In this document: positions 40,462 through 51,615 of the stretch, piece by piece
How positions within the stretch are numbered: position 1 is the stretch's first letter
How the letters are laid out: every line of letters starts with the position of its first letter
NCBI GenBank assembly: GCA_900550375.1
Contig: URRP01000006.1
Span: 9,583-73,582 of the forward strand
Source: an uncultured Alistipes sp.
GTDB lineage: Bacteria > Bacteroidota > Bacteroidia > Bacteroidales > Rikenellaceae
Reading direction: 5' to 3'
DNA length: 64,000 bases
Made by a program: the position numbers and the translations under genes
The notes under the pieces: model-generated
Told to the model about the DNA's origin: nothing
What the model saw: only the letters and a program-made list of their open reading frames with translations
Database searches by the model: none

Positions 40462-41337
40462 ATGAAAGGAATCGTATTGGCGGGAGGATCGGGTACCCGA
40501 TTGTATCCGATTACCAAAGGGGTCAGCAAGCAGTTGCTGCCGATCTACGACAAACCGATGGTTTACTACCCTATTTCCGTGCTGATGCTGGCCGGAATCC
40601 GGGATATTCTGGTGATCTCCACCCCGCAGGATCTGCCGGGATTCCAGCGGCTGCTGGGTGACGGTTCGGACTACGGCGTACATCTGGAGTATGCCGAGCA
40701 GCCTTCGCCCGACGGTCTTGCGCAGGCGTTTATTATCGGCGAGCAGTTTATCGGTGACGACACAGCCTGTCTGGTGCTGGGCGACAATATCTTTTACGGA
40801 GCGGGATTCTCCGAGATGCTTCGAGAGTCCGTCCGTATGGCCGAGCGGGGAAAGGCGACGGTATTCGGATATTGGGTCAAGGACCCCGAACGTTACGGCG
40901 TGGCCGAGTTCGACGGGGACGGCAACTGTCTTTCGATCGAGGAGAAGCCCTCGGAACCCAAGTCGAACTATGCCGTCGTGGGACTCTATTTCTATCCGAA
41001 CAAGGTGGTCGAGGTCGCCAAGCGGATCAAACCTTCGGCTCGCGGCGAGTTGGAGATCACCACTGTCAATCAGGAGTTTCTGCAGGCCGGAGAGCTGAAG
41101 GTTCAGACCCTTTCGCAGGGCTTCGCATGGCTCGATACAGGGACGCACGACTCGCTGGCCGAGGCGTCGATCTTCGTCGAGGTCATCGAGAAACGGCAGG
41201 GATTGAAAATCGCTTGTCTGGAGGATATCGCCTACCGGCAGGGATGGATCACGGCCGAGAAGATGCGCGAACTGGCCCGTCCGATGGCAAAGAATCCTTA
41301 TGGACAGTATCTCCTGAAACAGTTGGAACAAAAATAA
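40462..41337 (+). CDS. rfbA: Glucose-1-phosphate thymidylyltransferase
   Basis: [25 protein letters not shown] and [10 protein letters not shown] motifs. Confidence 0.97.
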   Translation: MKGIVLAGGSGTRLYPITKGVSKQLLPIYDKPMVYYPISVLMLAGIRDILVISTPQDLPGFQRLLGDGSDYGVHLEYAEQPSPDGLAQAFIIGEQFIGDDTACLVLGDNIFYGAGFSEMLRESVRMAERGKATVFGYWVKDPERYGVAEFDGDGNCLSIEEKPSEPKSNYAVVGLYFYPNKVVEVAKRIKPSARGELEITTVNQEFLQAGELKVQTLSQGFAWLDTGTHDSLAEASIFVEVIEKRQGLKIACLEDIAYRQGWITAEKMRELARPMAKNPYGQYLLKQLEQK

Positions 41338-41390
41338 AAACGGGTGCGGCGTAAACGGGTCGTATCTGTTGCATGAGTTGAGATAAAAGG

Positions 41391-41963
41391 ATGAAAGTTA
41401 TTCAGACAGAGATCGAAGGAGTCGTAATTATCGAGCCGGACGTGTTCGGCGACGATCGGGGTTATTTCTTCGAAAGTTACAATCAGGAGCGATTCGATGC
41501 CGCCGTGCGTCCCGTGCGGTTCGTGCAGGATAACGAATCGAAGTCGAAGTTCGGCGTGCTGCGGGGATTGCATTTTCAGCGCGGCCGCGCCGCCCAGTCG
41601 AAGCTGGTGCGGGTTGTCAAAGGAACGGTGCTGGACGTGGCGGTCGATATCCGTCGCGGATCACCCACCTTCGGCCGCTATGTCGCCGTGGAGCTGACGG
41701 CAGAGAACAAACGGCAGTTCTTCGTCCCGCGCGGATTCGCCCACGGCTTTTCGGTGCTGAGCGACGAGGCGGTGTTCCAGTACAAATGCGACAATCTCTA
41801 TGCACCCGACAGCGAGGGCGCCGTTGCATGGAACGACCCGGCCATCGGAATCGACTGGCGGCTGAAACCCGAAGAGGTGATTCTCTCGCCGAAGGACAGC
41901 TGCCATCCGACGCTGGCCGAGTGCACGGAGTTGTTTGATTATAATACGGACTATTATGCGTAG
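41391..41963 (+). CDS. rfbC: dTDP-4-dehydrorhamnose 3,5-epimerase
   Basis: DDRGYFFES, VLRGLHFQ and GFAHGF motifs. Confidence 0.97.
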   Translation: MKVIQTEIEGVVIIEPDVFGDDRGYFFESYNQERFDAAVRPVRFVQDNESKSKFGVLRGLHFQRGRAAQSKLVRVVKGTVLDVAVDIRRGSPTFGRYVAVELTAENKRQFFVPRGFAHGFSVLSDEAVFQYKCDNLYAPDSEGAVAWNDPAIGIDWRLKPEEVILSPKDSCHPTLAECTELFDYNTDYYA

Positions 41964-42876
41964 GATTCTCGTAACGGGCGCCAACGGGCAGTTGGGAAGC
42001 GAGATGCGGCTGTTGGGAGCCACGTCGCAGAACGACTACCGCTTCACCGACGTCGCCGAGCTGGATATTACCGACGAAGCGGCGGTCATGCGCACGGTGC
42101 GCGACGAGCGGATCGACGTAATCGTCAATTGCGCCGCCTATACCAATGTCGACAAAGCCGAGGAGGACGAAGCGGCGGCCGATCGAATCAACCGGCGAGC
42201 GGCTGGCAATCTGGCCCGCGCGGCGGCTGCGACGGGTGCTACGCTGATCCACGTTTCAACCGATTACGTCTTCTCGGGCGACGCCAACCGCCCCTATACC
42301 GAAGCGTGCGAAACGCGCCCGCTCGGCGTGTACGGACGAACGAAGCTGGCCGGTGAAGCGGAGGTCGAGAAGAGCGGATGCAAGGCACTCATCTTCCGCA
42401 CGGCATGGCTCTATTCGGAGTTCGGGCACAATTTCCTCAAGACGATGCTGCGCCTGACGGCCGAACGCGACCGCCTGACGGTGGTGTTCGATCAGGTGGG
42501 AACGCCGACCTATGCCGGCGATCTGGCGCGTGCGATCTTCGACATCGTCGAGTGCGGAGCCTATGCCGGCCGTGAGGGGATCTATCACTTCTCGAACGAA
42601 GGCGTCTGCTCGTGGTACGATTTTGCCCATGCCATTGCCGCCGAGGCGGGGCATACGCACTGCGTTATCGAACCCTGCCACTCGTCGGAATATCCGTCGA
42701 AAGTCGAGCGTCCGGCCTTTTCGGTGCTGGACAAAAGCAAAGTCAAGGCAACGTTCGGGGTAAAGATTCCCCACTGGACGGAGTCTCTCAGAATCTGTAT
42801 GAAGAACGTTTTCGTTAAGCCGAGCGCAGAGCCGAATGCAATTCGGACTATGCCGAGGCGAGAAAACGAAGAATGA
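41956..42876 (+). CDS. rfbD: dTDP-4-dehydrorhamnose reductase
   Basis: TGANGQLG, STDYVF and YGRTKLAGE motifs; the C-terminal tail is read through repeat copy C. Confidence 0.95.
   Translation: MRRILVTGANGQLGSEMRLLGATSQNDYRFTDVAELDITDEAAVMRTVRDERIDVIVNCAAYTNVDKAEEDEAAADRINRRAAGNLARAAAATGATLIHVSTDYVFSGDANRPYTEACETRPLGVYGRTKLAGEAEVEKSGCKALIFRTAWLYSEFGHNFLKTMLRLTAERDRLTVVFDQVGTPTYAGDLARAIFDIVECGAYAGREGIYHFSNEGVCSWYDFAHAIAAEAGHTHCVIEPCHSSEYPSKVERPAFSVLDKSKVKATFGVKIPHWTESLRICMKNVFVKPSAEPNAIRTMPRRENEE
42807..42868 (+). repeat. Dispersed structured repeat, copy C
   Basis: CGTTTTC..AAGCCGAGCGCAGAGCCGAAT..ATTCGGACTATGCCGAGGCG..GAAAACG. Confidence 0.75.
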
Positions 42877-42903
42877 AATTCAACCTTAAAAACTTATAAG
42901 ACC

Positions 42904-43701
42904 ATGAAAGTAGTAATGATGAGCTTGCTGCTGCTGTTGCTGACAGGAGGCCATGCCGAAGCCAAAAAGTACAAGCCTGCACCCCGCACGGCCAAGAACA
43001 TCGTGATCGCGCATCGCGGGTATTGGAATACGCCCGGAGCGTTCGAGAACTCGATCAAGTCGATCGACAACGCCATGAACTTCGGTATTTACGGCAGTGA
43101 GTTCGATATCAACTTTACGGCCGACGACTCGATCGTGGTCGTTCACGGCTCGAAGCATCCCGTAGTAAAGGACCTCGTTATTCAGGAGTCGTCGTATGAC
43201 AAGGTGCGCAATACGCTGCTGGGCAACGGCGAGAAGGTGCCGACGCTGCGCGAGTATTTGCTTGCGGGACAGAGCGATCCGTCGACTCAGTTGATTCTGG
43301 AGATCAAGAAGCACCCGACGCCCGAACGCGAAAACGAGATTGTGGCCCAAACGATGGCGATGGTCGAGGAGCTGGGGCTGGAGAAGCGCGTGGAGTATAT
43401 CTCGTTCAGCTGGAACATCTGCGAACAGATTCGCAAGGCCGACCGCAAGGCCGTCGTCTACTACCTCAATGGAGAGAAGTCGCCCGCCGAGTTGAAGAAG
43501 GCCGGTATGAACGGGCTGGATTACAGTTTGAAGGTCATCAAAAAACATCCCGAATGGGTAAAGCAGGCGCACGACCTCGGGATGAAGGTCAACGTCTGGA
43601 CGGTCAACAAGGAGGAGGATATGCAGGCGATGCTCGACTTGGGTGCGGACTTCATCACGACGAACAATCCTGTCGAACTGAAAGCGCTGATCGGTAAGTA
43701 A
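42904..43701 (+). CDS. Secreted glycerophosphodiester phosphodiesterase
   Basis: Signal peptide; IAHRG, ENS, EFDI, ILEIK, VWTVN and ITTNNP motifs. Confidence 0.92.
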   Translation: MKVVMMSLLLLLLTGGHAEAKKYKPAPRTAKNIVIAHRGYWNTPGAFENSIKSIDNAMNFGIYGSEFDINFTADDSIVVVHGSKHPVVKDLVIQESSYDKVRNTLLGNGEKVPTLREYLLAGQSDPSTQLILEIKKHPTPERENEIVAQTMAMVEELGLEKRVEYISFSWNICEQIRKADRKAVVYYLNGEKSPAELKKAGMNGLDYSLKVIKKHPEWVKQAHDLGMKVNVWTVNKEEDMQAMLDLGADFITTNNPVELKALIGK

Positions 43702-43790
43702 AAAACAACGGACTGCTTCGAAAGCCCGTTTCGGAATCGAGGATTCTGCGGACGAGCAGCTGCCGGAGCGGATTCGAAAATCGGATTTCT

Positions 43791-44849
43791 ATGTCGAAGA
43801 ATATTTTGATTACAGGCGGCGCAGGCTTCATCGGAAGCCATGTCGTGCGGCTTTTCGTCACCAAATATCCCGAATATCGCATCGTCAATCTCGACAAACT
43901 GACCTATGCGGGAAATTTGGCCAACCTGAAGGATATCGAGCAGGCCGAGAACTATGTTTTCGAGCGGTGCGATATCTGCGATTACGAACAGGTGCTCGCC
44001 ATTTTTCGTAAGTATCAGATCGACGGCGTGATTCATCTGGCCGCCGAGTCGCATGTCGACCGTTCGATCAAGGATCCCTTTACCTTCGCGCGCACCAACG
44101 TCATGGGTACGCTCGCGCTGTTGCAGGCGGCCAAGGTGTGCTGGGAAGGCGATTGGGAGGGGAAGCTCTTCTACCATATCTCGACCGACGAGGTCTACGG
44201 CGCGTTGCAGTTCGACGGCTCGTTCTTCACGGAGACGACCAAATACGATCCGCATTCGCCCTACTCGGCGTCGAAAGCCTCGTCCGATCATTTCGTTCGG
44301 GCGTTTCATGACACCTACGGGATGCCGACGCTGGTGACGAACTGCTCCAACAACTATGGACCGTATCAGTTTCCCGAGAAGTTGATTCCGTTGTTTATCA
44401 ATAATATCCGTCACGAAAAACCGCTGCCGGTCTACGGCAAGGGCGAAAATGTCCGCGACTGGCTCTATGTGGTCGATCACGCACGCGCCATCGATACGAT
44501 TTTCCATCGTGGAAAGGTGGCTGAAACCTACAATATCGGCGGGTTCAACGAGTGGCGCAACATCGATCTGATTCGGGTGGTGATCCGCACGGTCGATCGG
44601 CTGCTGGGGCGTTCGGAAGGTGCGTCGGAGCATTTGATTACCTATGTCACCGACCGCGCGGGTCACGATCTGCGCTACGCGATCGATTCCCGCAAGCTGA
44701 AGGATGAACTGGGCTGGGAACCGTCGCTGCAATTCGAGGAGGGAATCGAAAAGACGGTTCGCTGGTATCTCGACAATCAGGAGTGGATGGACAACATCAC
44801 CTCCGGCGAGTACGAGAAATATTACGAGGAGATGTACAAGAACCGGTAA
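43791..44849 (+). CDS. rfbB: dTDP-glucose 4,6-dehydratase
   Basis: TGGAGFIGS, LAAESHVDRS, STDEVYG and YSASKA motifs. Confidence 0.97.
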   Translation: MSKNILITGGAGFIGSHVVRLFVTKYPEYRIVNLDKLTYAGNLANLKDIEQAENYVFERCDICDYEQVLAIFRKYQIDGVIHLAAESHVDRSIKDPFTFARTNVMGTLALLQAAKVCWEGDWEGKLFYHISTDEVYGALQFDGSFFTETTKYDPHSPYSASKASSDHFVRAFHDTYGMPTLVTNCSNNYGPYQFPEKLIPLFINNIRHEKPLPVYGKGENVRDWLYVVDHARAIDTIFHRGKVAETYNIGGFNEWRNIDLIRVVIRTVDRLLGRSEGASEHLITYVTDRAGHDLRYAIDSRKLKDELGWEPSLQFEEGIEKTVRWYLDNQEWMDNITSGEYEKYYEEMYKNR

Positions 44850-44891
44850 TCGGTTCTCTATGAGATTGCGGCTGCACGGCCGTATAGATCG

Positions 44892-44925
44892 AGGGCTGTC
44901 TGCAAGTTGTCGGACAGCCCTTTTT
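44892..44925 (+). terminator. Intrinsic terminator of the rml operon
   Basis: AGGGCTGTCTG..CGGACAGCCCTTTTT. Confidence 0.85.
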
Positions 44926-45412
44926 CGTGCCGAAGCACTGCTATTCGGCGGTGTGAGGCATTGTTCGGATGAAGATGTCCGGCGCCTCCGCCGTGCGGAT
45001 CGTCCGCTGTATGCCTGTTTCACGATCGCTTCTTCGTTTCATGACTTTTCCTGCCGGATTCCCTTTTCGGGCCGTTGCTTAGGGCATTGCCGGTCCCCGA
45101 TTCTGTTTCCCGTCCGGCTCCCCTCTTTGGGCGATGACGTCAGCCGATTCCGGTTGCCGGCGAAGGTCGGCATGGGGGCGAGCGGGCGAAGGTCGGCTCT
45201 CCACATTCGCCGTTTTACGGGGTGATATCGCGTCGCTCTACCTTTTTTTTATTTATTTTCCATCGGAAATTTGTTTTGTTGGAAAATTGTTGTATCTTTG
45301 CAGCAGAATAATTTGTAGGGATTGACGCCGGCGGAGCGGACTACAACGTAGTTTTGGCAAGGTTGCTGTTCGACGTGGAAGAGAGTCGTACAAATTAATA
45401 AAATTGAAAATT

Positions 45413-45871
45413 ATGTTGAAATTAATGAGTTTAGTGGCTGCTCTGACTCTTGTGGCAGGTGTGGCGCACGCAGAAAAACCGAAAGAACAATCAAAATCAA
45501 AAAAAGTTATGGTACAGGAGTTGACGCTGGATCAGTTCCAGCAGAAGGTTTATAATTTGTCCGGCGCAAACGCTTCGTCGGCGCTGAAATATCTGGGCGA
45601 CAAGCCTGCAATCGTCGATTTCTATGCTTCGTGGTGCGGCCCTTGCAAGATGGTGGCTCCGATCCTCGAAGAGCTTGCCGGCGAGTACGAAGGTAAGATC
45701 GTCGTATATAAGGTAAATACCGAAAAGGAGCCGGATCTGTCTGCGGCATTCGGCATTCGAAGCATTCCGTCGATCCTCTTCATCCCGATGAGCGGCAAGC
45801 CGCAGATGTTGCAGGGTGCGATGCCCAAAGACGCTTTCAAGAAGGCGATCGAAGAGTATCTGCTGAAGTAA
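45413..45871 (+). CDS. Thioredoxin with signal peptide
   Basis: DFYASWCGPC, IRSIPS; AHA-E cleavage site; -7 box at 45293-45300. Confidence 0.93.
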   Translation: MLKLMSLVAALTLVAGVAHAEKPKEQSKSKKVMVQELTLDQFQQKVYNLSGANASSALKYLGDKPAIVDFYASWCGPCKMVAPILEELAGEYEGKIVVYKVNTEKEPDLSAAFGIRSIPSILFIPMSGKPQMLQGAMPKDAFKKAIEEYLLK

Positions 45872-45875
45872 TCCG

Positions 45876-46232
45876 ATGAATACGCTCTGCAAGATACGCG
45901 AAGTGTCGCGCGCGATCGCCGAATTCGAACAACGGTTCGAACAGGAGTATCATTTGTCGATCAACGAGGGGGTGCTGCTTTGTTGTCTTGCGCGACATGG
46001 CGAACTCTCGTCGGGCGAAATTGCGGAGGTGCTGCGGCTTACCTGTTCGAATACGTCGAAAGTGATCCGGTCGGTGGAGCGCAAAGGATTCGTAACCCGG
46101 AAACTGGGTGAGGACGATAAACGACAGATGTACTTCTCGCTGACGTTGAAAGGGCGTACGGAACTCGACCGGCTGCAACCTTGCACGATTGCGCTGCCGG
46201 AACTGTTGACGCGGTTCCTGAAAGAGGATTAG
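45876..46232 (+). CDS. MarR family regulator
   Basis: Winged helix SGEIAEVL..SKVIRSVERKGFV..DKR; contains several Cys. Confidence 0.88.
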   Translation: MNTLCKIREVSRAIAEFEQRFEQEYHLSINEGVLLCCLARHGELSSGEIAEVLRLTCSNTSKVIRSVERKGFVTRKLGEDDKRQMYFSLTLKGRTELDRLQPCTIALPELLTRFLKED

Positions 46233-46237
46233 CCGTC

Positions 46238-46273
46238 GAAGAAGGCCGGAGATATTCTCCGGCCTTCTTTTTT
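46238..46273 (+). terminator. Intrinsic terminator
   Basis: AAGAAGGCCGGAGA-TAT-TCTCCGGCCTTCTTTTTT. Confidence 0.9.
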
Positions 46274-46451
46274 CGGATTTTCCGATCCGAATTCATTGCG
46301 GCGGTAATGGAAGTTTGTGTCATCGGTTTGCAAGGGTCGTGTTTTCTGTCGTTTATTCTGTTGGCCGCAGACCCTACCCGTACGTCGGGCTGAAAAGAGA
46401 ACGACCGAACGAGAAATGACCGGCTCGAAGGAGCGGCTGCGGGATAAATTC

Positions 46452-46485
46452 AAAACCCGCAGGCAACGAAGGCTGCCTGCGAGTT
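46452..46485 (-). terminator. Terminator of the hybrid kinase gene
   Basis: Minus strand AACTCGCAGGCAGC-CTTC-GTTGCCTGCGGGTTTT. Confidence 0.75.
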
Positions 46486-46563
46486 CGTATCGGTCGATAC
46501 TCTCCTGAAACCGTGACGCCGATTTTCTAATTTCGGAAATACGGCGCGAGAGTTCCGCTCCTG

Positions 46564-49500
46564 TCAGTAATTCAGAAATTTGCGGAGTTTGCGTTTGAGT
46601 ATGTCTGCCGAGATCGGTTTGGAGAGGTAATCGTTGCATCCGACGCTGAGTGCCCGTTGCCGGTCCTTGTCGAAGGCGAAGGCGGTGATGGCGATGATCG
46701 GGATCGTCTGATTCTCCCTGCGGATCATTTCAGTAGCCTCCAGCCCGTCCATCTCGGGCATCTTGATATCCATCAGAATCAGATCCGGCGCAAGTTCCCG
46801 GAAGAGCTGTACGGCCTCCAGCCCGTTTTTCGCACGGCGAATCTCATACTCCTTTTTCAACAACAGCGATAGCAGCAGGAAATTGCTGTCGGTATCCTCG
46901 GCAATGAGCAGGACAGGAGCCTTGTCGCAGGGAGTCATCTCCGGCAGGATCGGCTGGACGGATTCGGGAAGCGGTTCTGCCTGCTGAAACTGCGAAAAGG
47001 GAATCGTAAACCAGAACCGCGATCCCCTGCCCTCTTCGGAATCCACGCCGATGCGGCCGTTCAGCTGCTCGACGATACTTTTGGAAATGGAGAGCCCCAG
47101 ACCCGTTCCCTGCATGAACGTATTCAACTTGACGAACCGATCGAAGATAGAGGGGAGATCTTTTTGCGGGATGCCGGTACCGGTATCTTCGACGTAAAAC
47201 GTTATTTCATCCTCCCGATTGAATTCATATCCCAGCGTTACCGTTCCCTGCGTCGTGAATTTCAGCGCGTTGTTGATGAAATTCGTGAGCACCTGCGTCA
47301 ATCGGCTTTTGTCGGTTATGAGGTAGCATTCCGATTGGTGGGTTCCGAACAGAAGCGCGTTGTTTCGCTCCTGCGCCTTGATTTCGAGCGTTCGGATGAT
47401 GTCCTGACACATCTGATTGACGTCGACGGTCGTAAAGTTGAACTCGAAGGTGCCCGCTTCGATTTTCGAGAGGTCGAGAATATCCGAAATCAATTTCAGC
47501 AGCAGTTCGCTGTTCTCCTGTACGATGGCCATATATTCGCAACGGTCGTCCGCGTCGTCGGACTCGATCAGGAGGTTCGAAAAACCGACGATTGCATTGA
47601 GCGGCGTGCGGATTTCGTGACTCATATTGGCCAAAAACGCCGACTTGAGCCGATCGCTCACTTCGGCTTTGTTCTTGGCTTCGATCAATCTCATTTCGGT
47701 CTCCTTCAACTGCGTGATGTCGTAGTTGACGCATACCATCTCGATTTTCGACGGATCGTTGTTCATCGGATTACGCATCACGTTGACCCGTGTCCACTTG
47801 AGACCTTCGGACGTGTGAATGCGCAGGTCTTTAGAGAAATCGTAGGTTTCGCCTGCCAGCACCCGCTTGATGGATGCCATGATCGAATCTCGGTCTTCGG
47901 GCTCGACATATCTGTATATGCCGATTATTTCCTCCAATGGGGTATCCGGCTTCTCTCCCAGATTCAGGAACCACTGCGGCATACCGAAACCGGCCTTGGA
48001 AAGCAGGTCGAAACGGCAGTAGCCCACTTTACCGTACCGGCTGACCAGCGAGAACGAGCTTTCGAACTCTGCAATGCGGCTGTGTGCACGGTTGATCTCC
48101 GTATTGTCGATATTGATGAGCATGAAATTGCTCATTTCGCCCTGCGCGTCGTAGAGGATGCTGACCGTCGTGTAAATTTCGAGAAATCCGGTTTTGGAAG
48201 AGTTGTAATACCCCTGCAAATGATCGAACGGGTAGAAGATTTTGAATGCGAACTCTTCGTGGTCGGATACCCGCTTCCGAATTTCGGCCGGTATATTGGG
48301 ATTATCGAAGAAATTGAGTCCGATGACATCTTCCTTTTGCCGGACGCCGAAGATCTCCATGTCCTTGTTATTGATATCCACCATCCTGCCGGTCTTGTCG
48401 TACAACTCCAAACCGACCGGAATGTTGTCGTAGATGTTGCGCAGGAGTTTTTCGCTGCGATCGAGCGCATAGTGCGTTTGCTGCACATCGGAAATGTCGG
48501 ACAACAGACTGATAACCTCGTCTTCCCGTGTGGAATAGAGAATGGAGTGAATGAATTTGCCGGATATCGTGAGCCGGTTGTCCTGTTCGATATAGTGATC
48601 CGAAGCGAGCGTTCGGGCCAGCAGCGGCAGCGTATCGGCCACGTCCCATCCCAGTTCGCTGCCCTTTTTTCCGACATATCGCTCCCGCGGCAGTTGGAGA
48701 ATCGCCTCGGCGGCGTAGTTGGCATCGAGAATCTGATAATCGATCGGATTTCCCGCATCTTCGTACAGAATCTTGAACCGGATATAACCCAGCGGCATAT
48801 ACCGATAGAGATTCTGCAAGTAATCGCGTTCGGTCTGCGCCTCTTTCCGGGACCGCTGCAACTCGATGCAGATATTGATGATGTTGGCCAGCGAGGCGAA
48901 CCACTGGCAATCTTCATTACTCCACGTGCGATGCCGTTCTACGATGTCAATCCCTACGTAGCCCCATATCTTTTCGTGCGATACCAGCGGCATGACGATC
49001 ATCGATTTGATATCCTGCTGGGAAAGAATGACCTTCTCCCGACGGGCTTCGGCTGGAAGTTCGTCCAGCGTAGTGAGGATGATGGGAATTCCCTCTCCGA
49101 GCTGCTGCATCCACCACGGGACTTCGGCCATCGAAATCCGGTTCATCGTGTCGCATTCCTGCGTAATACCGTTTGCCGTAACCTCGTAGGTGCATTGGTG
49201 CATCTGCCGTTCCCAATCGAATTCGCCGATGTAGGCGCGGCTGCCGTTGAACATTTTGAGAATATCTGCCAGCACTTTATTGATGATGCAGTCCGTCGAT
49301 TCGGCATGAAGCAGGGAGAGCAGCGTATGCGAGATACTGTTGAGCTGGTAAGCCAGACTGTTCATTCGGATGTACGAAAAGTTGTCGGCTTTCTGAAGCG
49401 CTTCGTCGTCGACTTTCTGCACATATCCCGTCAGTCGGAGCAGCTCTCCGTCGTCAGAACTCTCCCGATGCAGCACTTTCCAGCGGAGCCAGACTTCCCC

Positions 49501-49755
49501 CTGCGGACAGGCGAGCGATAAGACTTGTTCTTGTGTGGGAAAGCCGAAGCCGTTATGGACCTGATTTTGTATTAAGGACCTGTATCATTCGTCGACGCGC
49601 GCGAGAAAGGCGTCGAATCCCAACTCATCGGATCGCGATCCGATGAGTTTTTTCAGGTAGTCGGATAGTATGAAGACTCGTCTGGAGAGATCGACTCTCC
49701 ACCACCCAATCTTCGCGTCGAGTAAAATGTCTGCAAGTAAACTATGCTCTTCCAT
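46564..49755 (-). pseudogene. PAS/GAF hybrid histidine kinase-receiver with in-frame TGA at codon 57
   Basis: FLANMSHEIRTPLN H-box, N/G boxes and LILMDIKMP receiver. The frame continues upstream of 49476 through one TGA (49585-49587) to ATG 49755. Confidence 0.85.
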
Positions 49756-50156
49756 CCGAATTCCTGCTAAAAAACAATTGATGCGAACTTTCGATTCATC
49801 TTAACAAAAATAGAAAACTTCGGGAGGAAAAACAAATAAATTGGTTCGAATTGGCCGGATTATCCTTTTTTATACCACAATGGCGGGTGAAAAGGAGAAT
49901 GCGATAGGATTTACACAAAAAGATCAGCAAGGAAAAGTACAACCAATAGGAGAGCAACCAAAATCAGACTCTATCAGTAGAAACAACTCTTGGTCTAAAT
50001 AAAAGATCAAAAGTTGTTTTTTTCTATATATTACATCATAGAGGAATATTGATTGGTGTAAAATTGTATATGGTTACCTAAAGAAATGCCGATGCGGAAG
50101 ATTGTTTGGAATTTGATATTTTTTTTGATGTTTGTGCTAGTTTTTCTTGTATTTTT

Positions 50157-50188
50157 TTTGTTTCTTATGATTTAATGTTTTAAATTTG
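50157..50188 (+). promoter_or_regulatory. Bacteroidota primary-sigma promoter of the rSAM operon
   Basis: TTTG (50157-50160), N20, TAAATTTG (50181-50188), 41 nt before ATG 50230. Confidence 0.65.
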
Positions 50189-50229
50189 AGATAAATATAG
50201 AACCTCAAACCCTAAAACTTCATTATTTC

Positions 50230-51599
50230 ATGGTCTCTCTACGTGTCTCTTCTTATGTCATATCTATTCCATTGGAGGGTACGAATGATCAATACATGCT
50301 CATACACGGTTATACCGGAGCGATCGATATCGCGACGAAAGAATTGGTATCGGCTTACAGGAAAATCGGGAGTTCACCGAGGATAATTCTCCGTTCGGAC
50401 GGGAAATGCTCGATTCTTTGCGGCAGCGCGGATATATAACCGATAAGAGCGAAGAAGATGAATATGCTTATACCGCTCATATGGCGGATGTGTTGCATCG
50501 AATGAGGAAGGCTTTATATAAAACTTTTACTTGGCTGATTACTTATAACTGCAATTTCCGTTGTCCTTATTGCTATGAAGGAGACATGTCTGGCAACGGA
50601 GAAAATTGGTCGAAGAAGACCTTTACCAAAGAGATGGCCGACCGTGCATTCGAAGCGATGCTTCAGATCGAACCGCGCCGAGAATTGCACAGCAAAGTCA
50701 TCACGCTCTATGGCGGAGAACCGCTTCTGAAAGAGAATAAAGAGATCGTCAGCTATATCGTCCATAAGGGAAAGGAGTTGGGATATAGCTTTATAGCTAT
50801 AACGAATGGATATGATCTTGATGCTTATGAAGATTTGATAAGCCCCGATTTGATTAAAAAAATGCAGATTACGATTGACGGATGTAAAGAACGGCATGAT
50901 GCACGCAGACGTCATTATTTATATGGGGAGTCCTTTGACCGTATTATCGAAAATATAAGCATTGCATTACGAAAAGGAGTTGAGGTCGTAGTGAGAGTCA
51001 ATACGGATCGGATCGTGTTCAATGATTTGGATGGGTTGAAACGATATTTTGACGAGTTAGGGTATTCTGAACATGAAAATTTCACATTGGCTTCCTCATT
51101 ATTATATGAGGACATTCAAACTGATTCTTCCATACCGAATGTTGGGCAATTCCTGAGACTGCATAAAACCGTTGATTATAAATTCGAATGTCAGGATTTC
51201 GGATTGTATCATAAGTTATTGGATGCGATAAGCCGAAATCGTTATTTTAGTATAAAATCCGTTTATTGCTCTGCTCAAACGGGAAGCTATATTTTAGACC
51301 CGTGTGGAGATATTTATCCGTGTCTGGAAACGGTCGGTAAAAAAGATTTGGTTTTAGGGCGATATTTGTCGAACGGAATCGAATGGACGCCTCTTGCGAA
51401 CAAGTGGCATAGTCGCAATATCAGCAAATCTTCAAAATGCCGACGTTGCAAATATTCTTTTCTTTGCGGCGGAGGCTGTCTCGGCCATAAAGATTCCAGC
51501 TATTCGTTTGGAGAGACTACATGCAATGGGTATGCAATAGCTCTGAAATACGCGGCAAATCGGGCTTATCATGAATTCATGAAAGCCTCTCATGTTTAA
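50230..51599 (+). pseudogene. Radical SAM/SPASM peptide maturase split by a 1-nt frameshift near 50350 (456 aa if restored)
   Basis: CNFRCPYC, YGGEPL, TNG, QITIDG; SPASM C-x17-C..Cx2Cx5Cx3C-x14-C. The N-terminal ORF (YMLIHGYTGAIDI) joins frame-shifted LQENREFTEDNSPFGREMLDSLRQRGYI. Confidence 0.88.
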
Positions 51600-51615
51600 C
51601 TTAATTCTTAAATTT

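Noticed and set aside
49585..49587. TGA as selenocysteine or a recoded codon
   Set aside because: No redox-motif context or evident SECIS; TGA is used as a normal stop elsewhere in the window.
49880..49887. ATGGCGGG matching the ssrA 3' region (60598-60605) as a possible att remnant
   Set aside because: Only 8 bp, and the adjacent TGGAG expected in a displaced 3' end is absent; used only as a rough boundary hint.
49880..50002. 40-aa ORF MAGEKENAIGFTQKDQQ..SWSK upstream of the rSAM gene as a third precursor
   Set aside because: No ETDPL leader and no Cys; lies upstream of the operon promoter; may be chance or a gene remnant.
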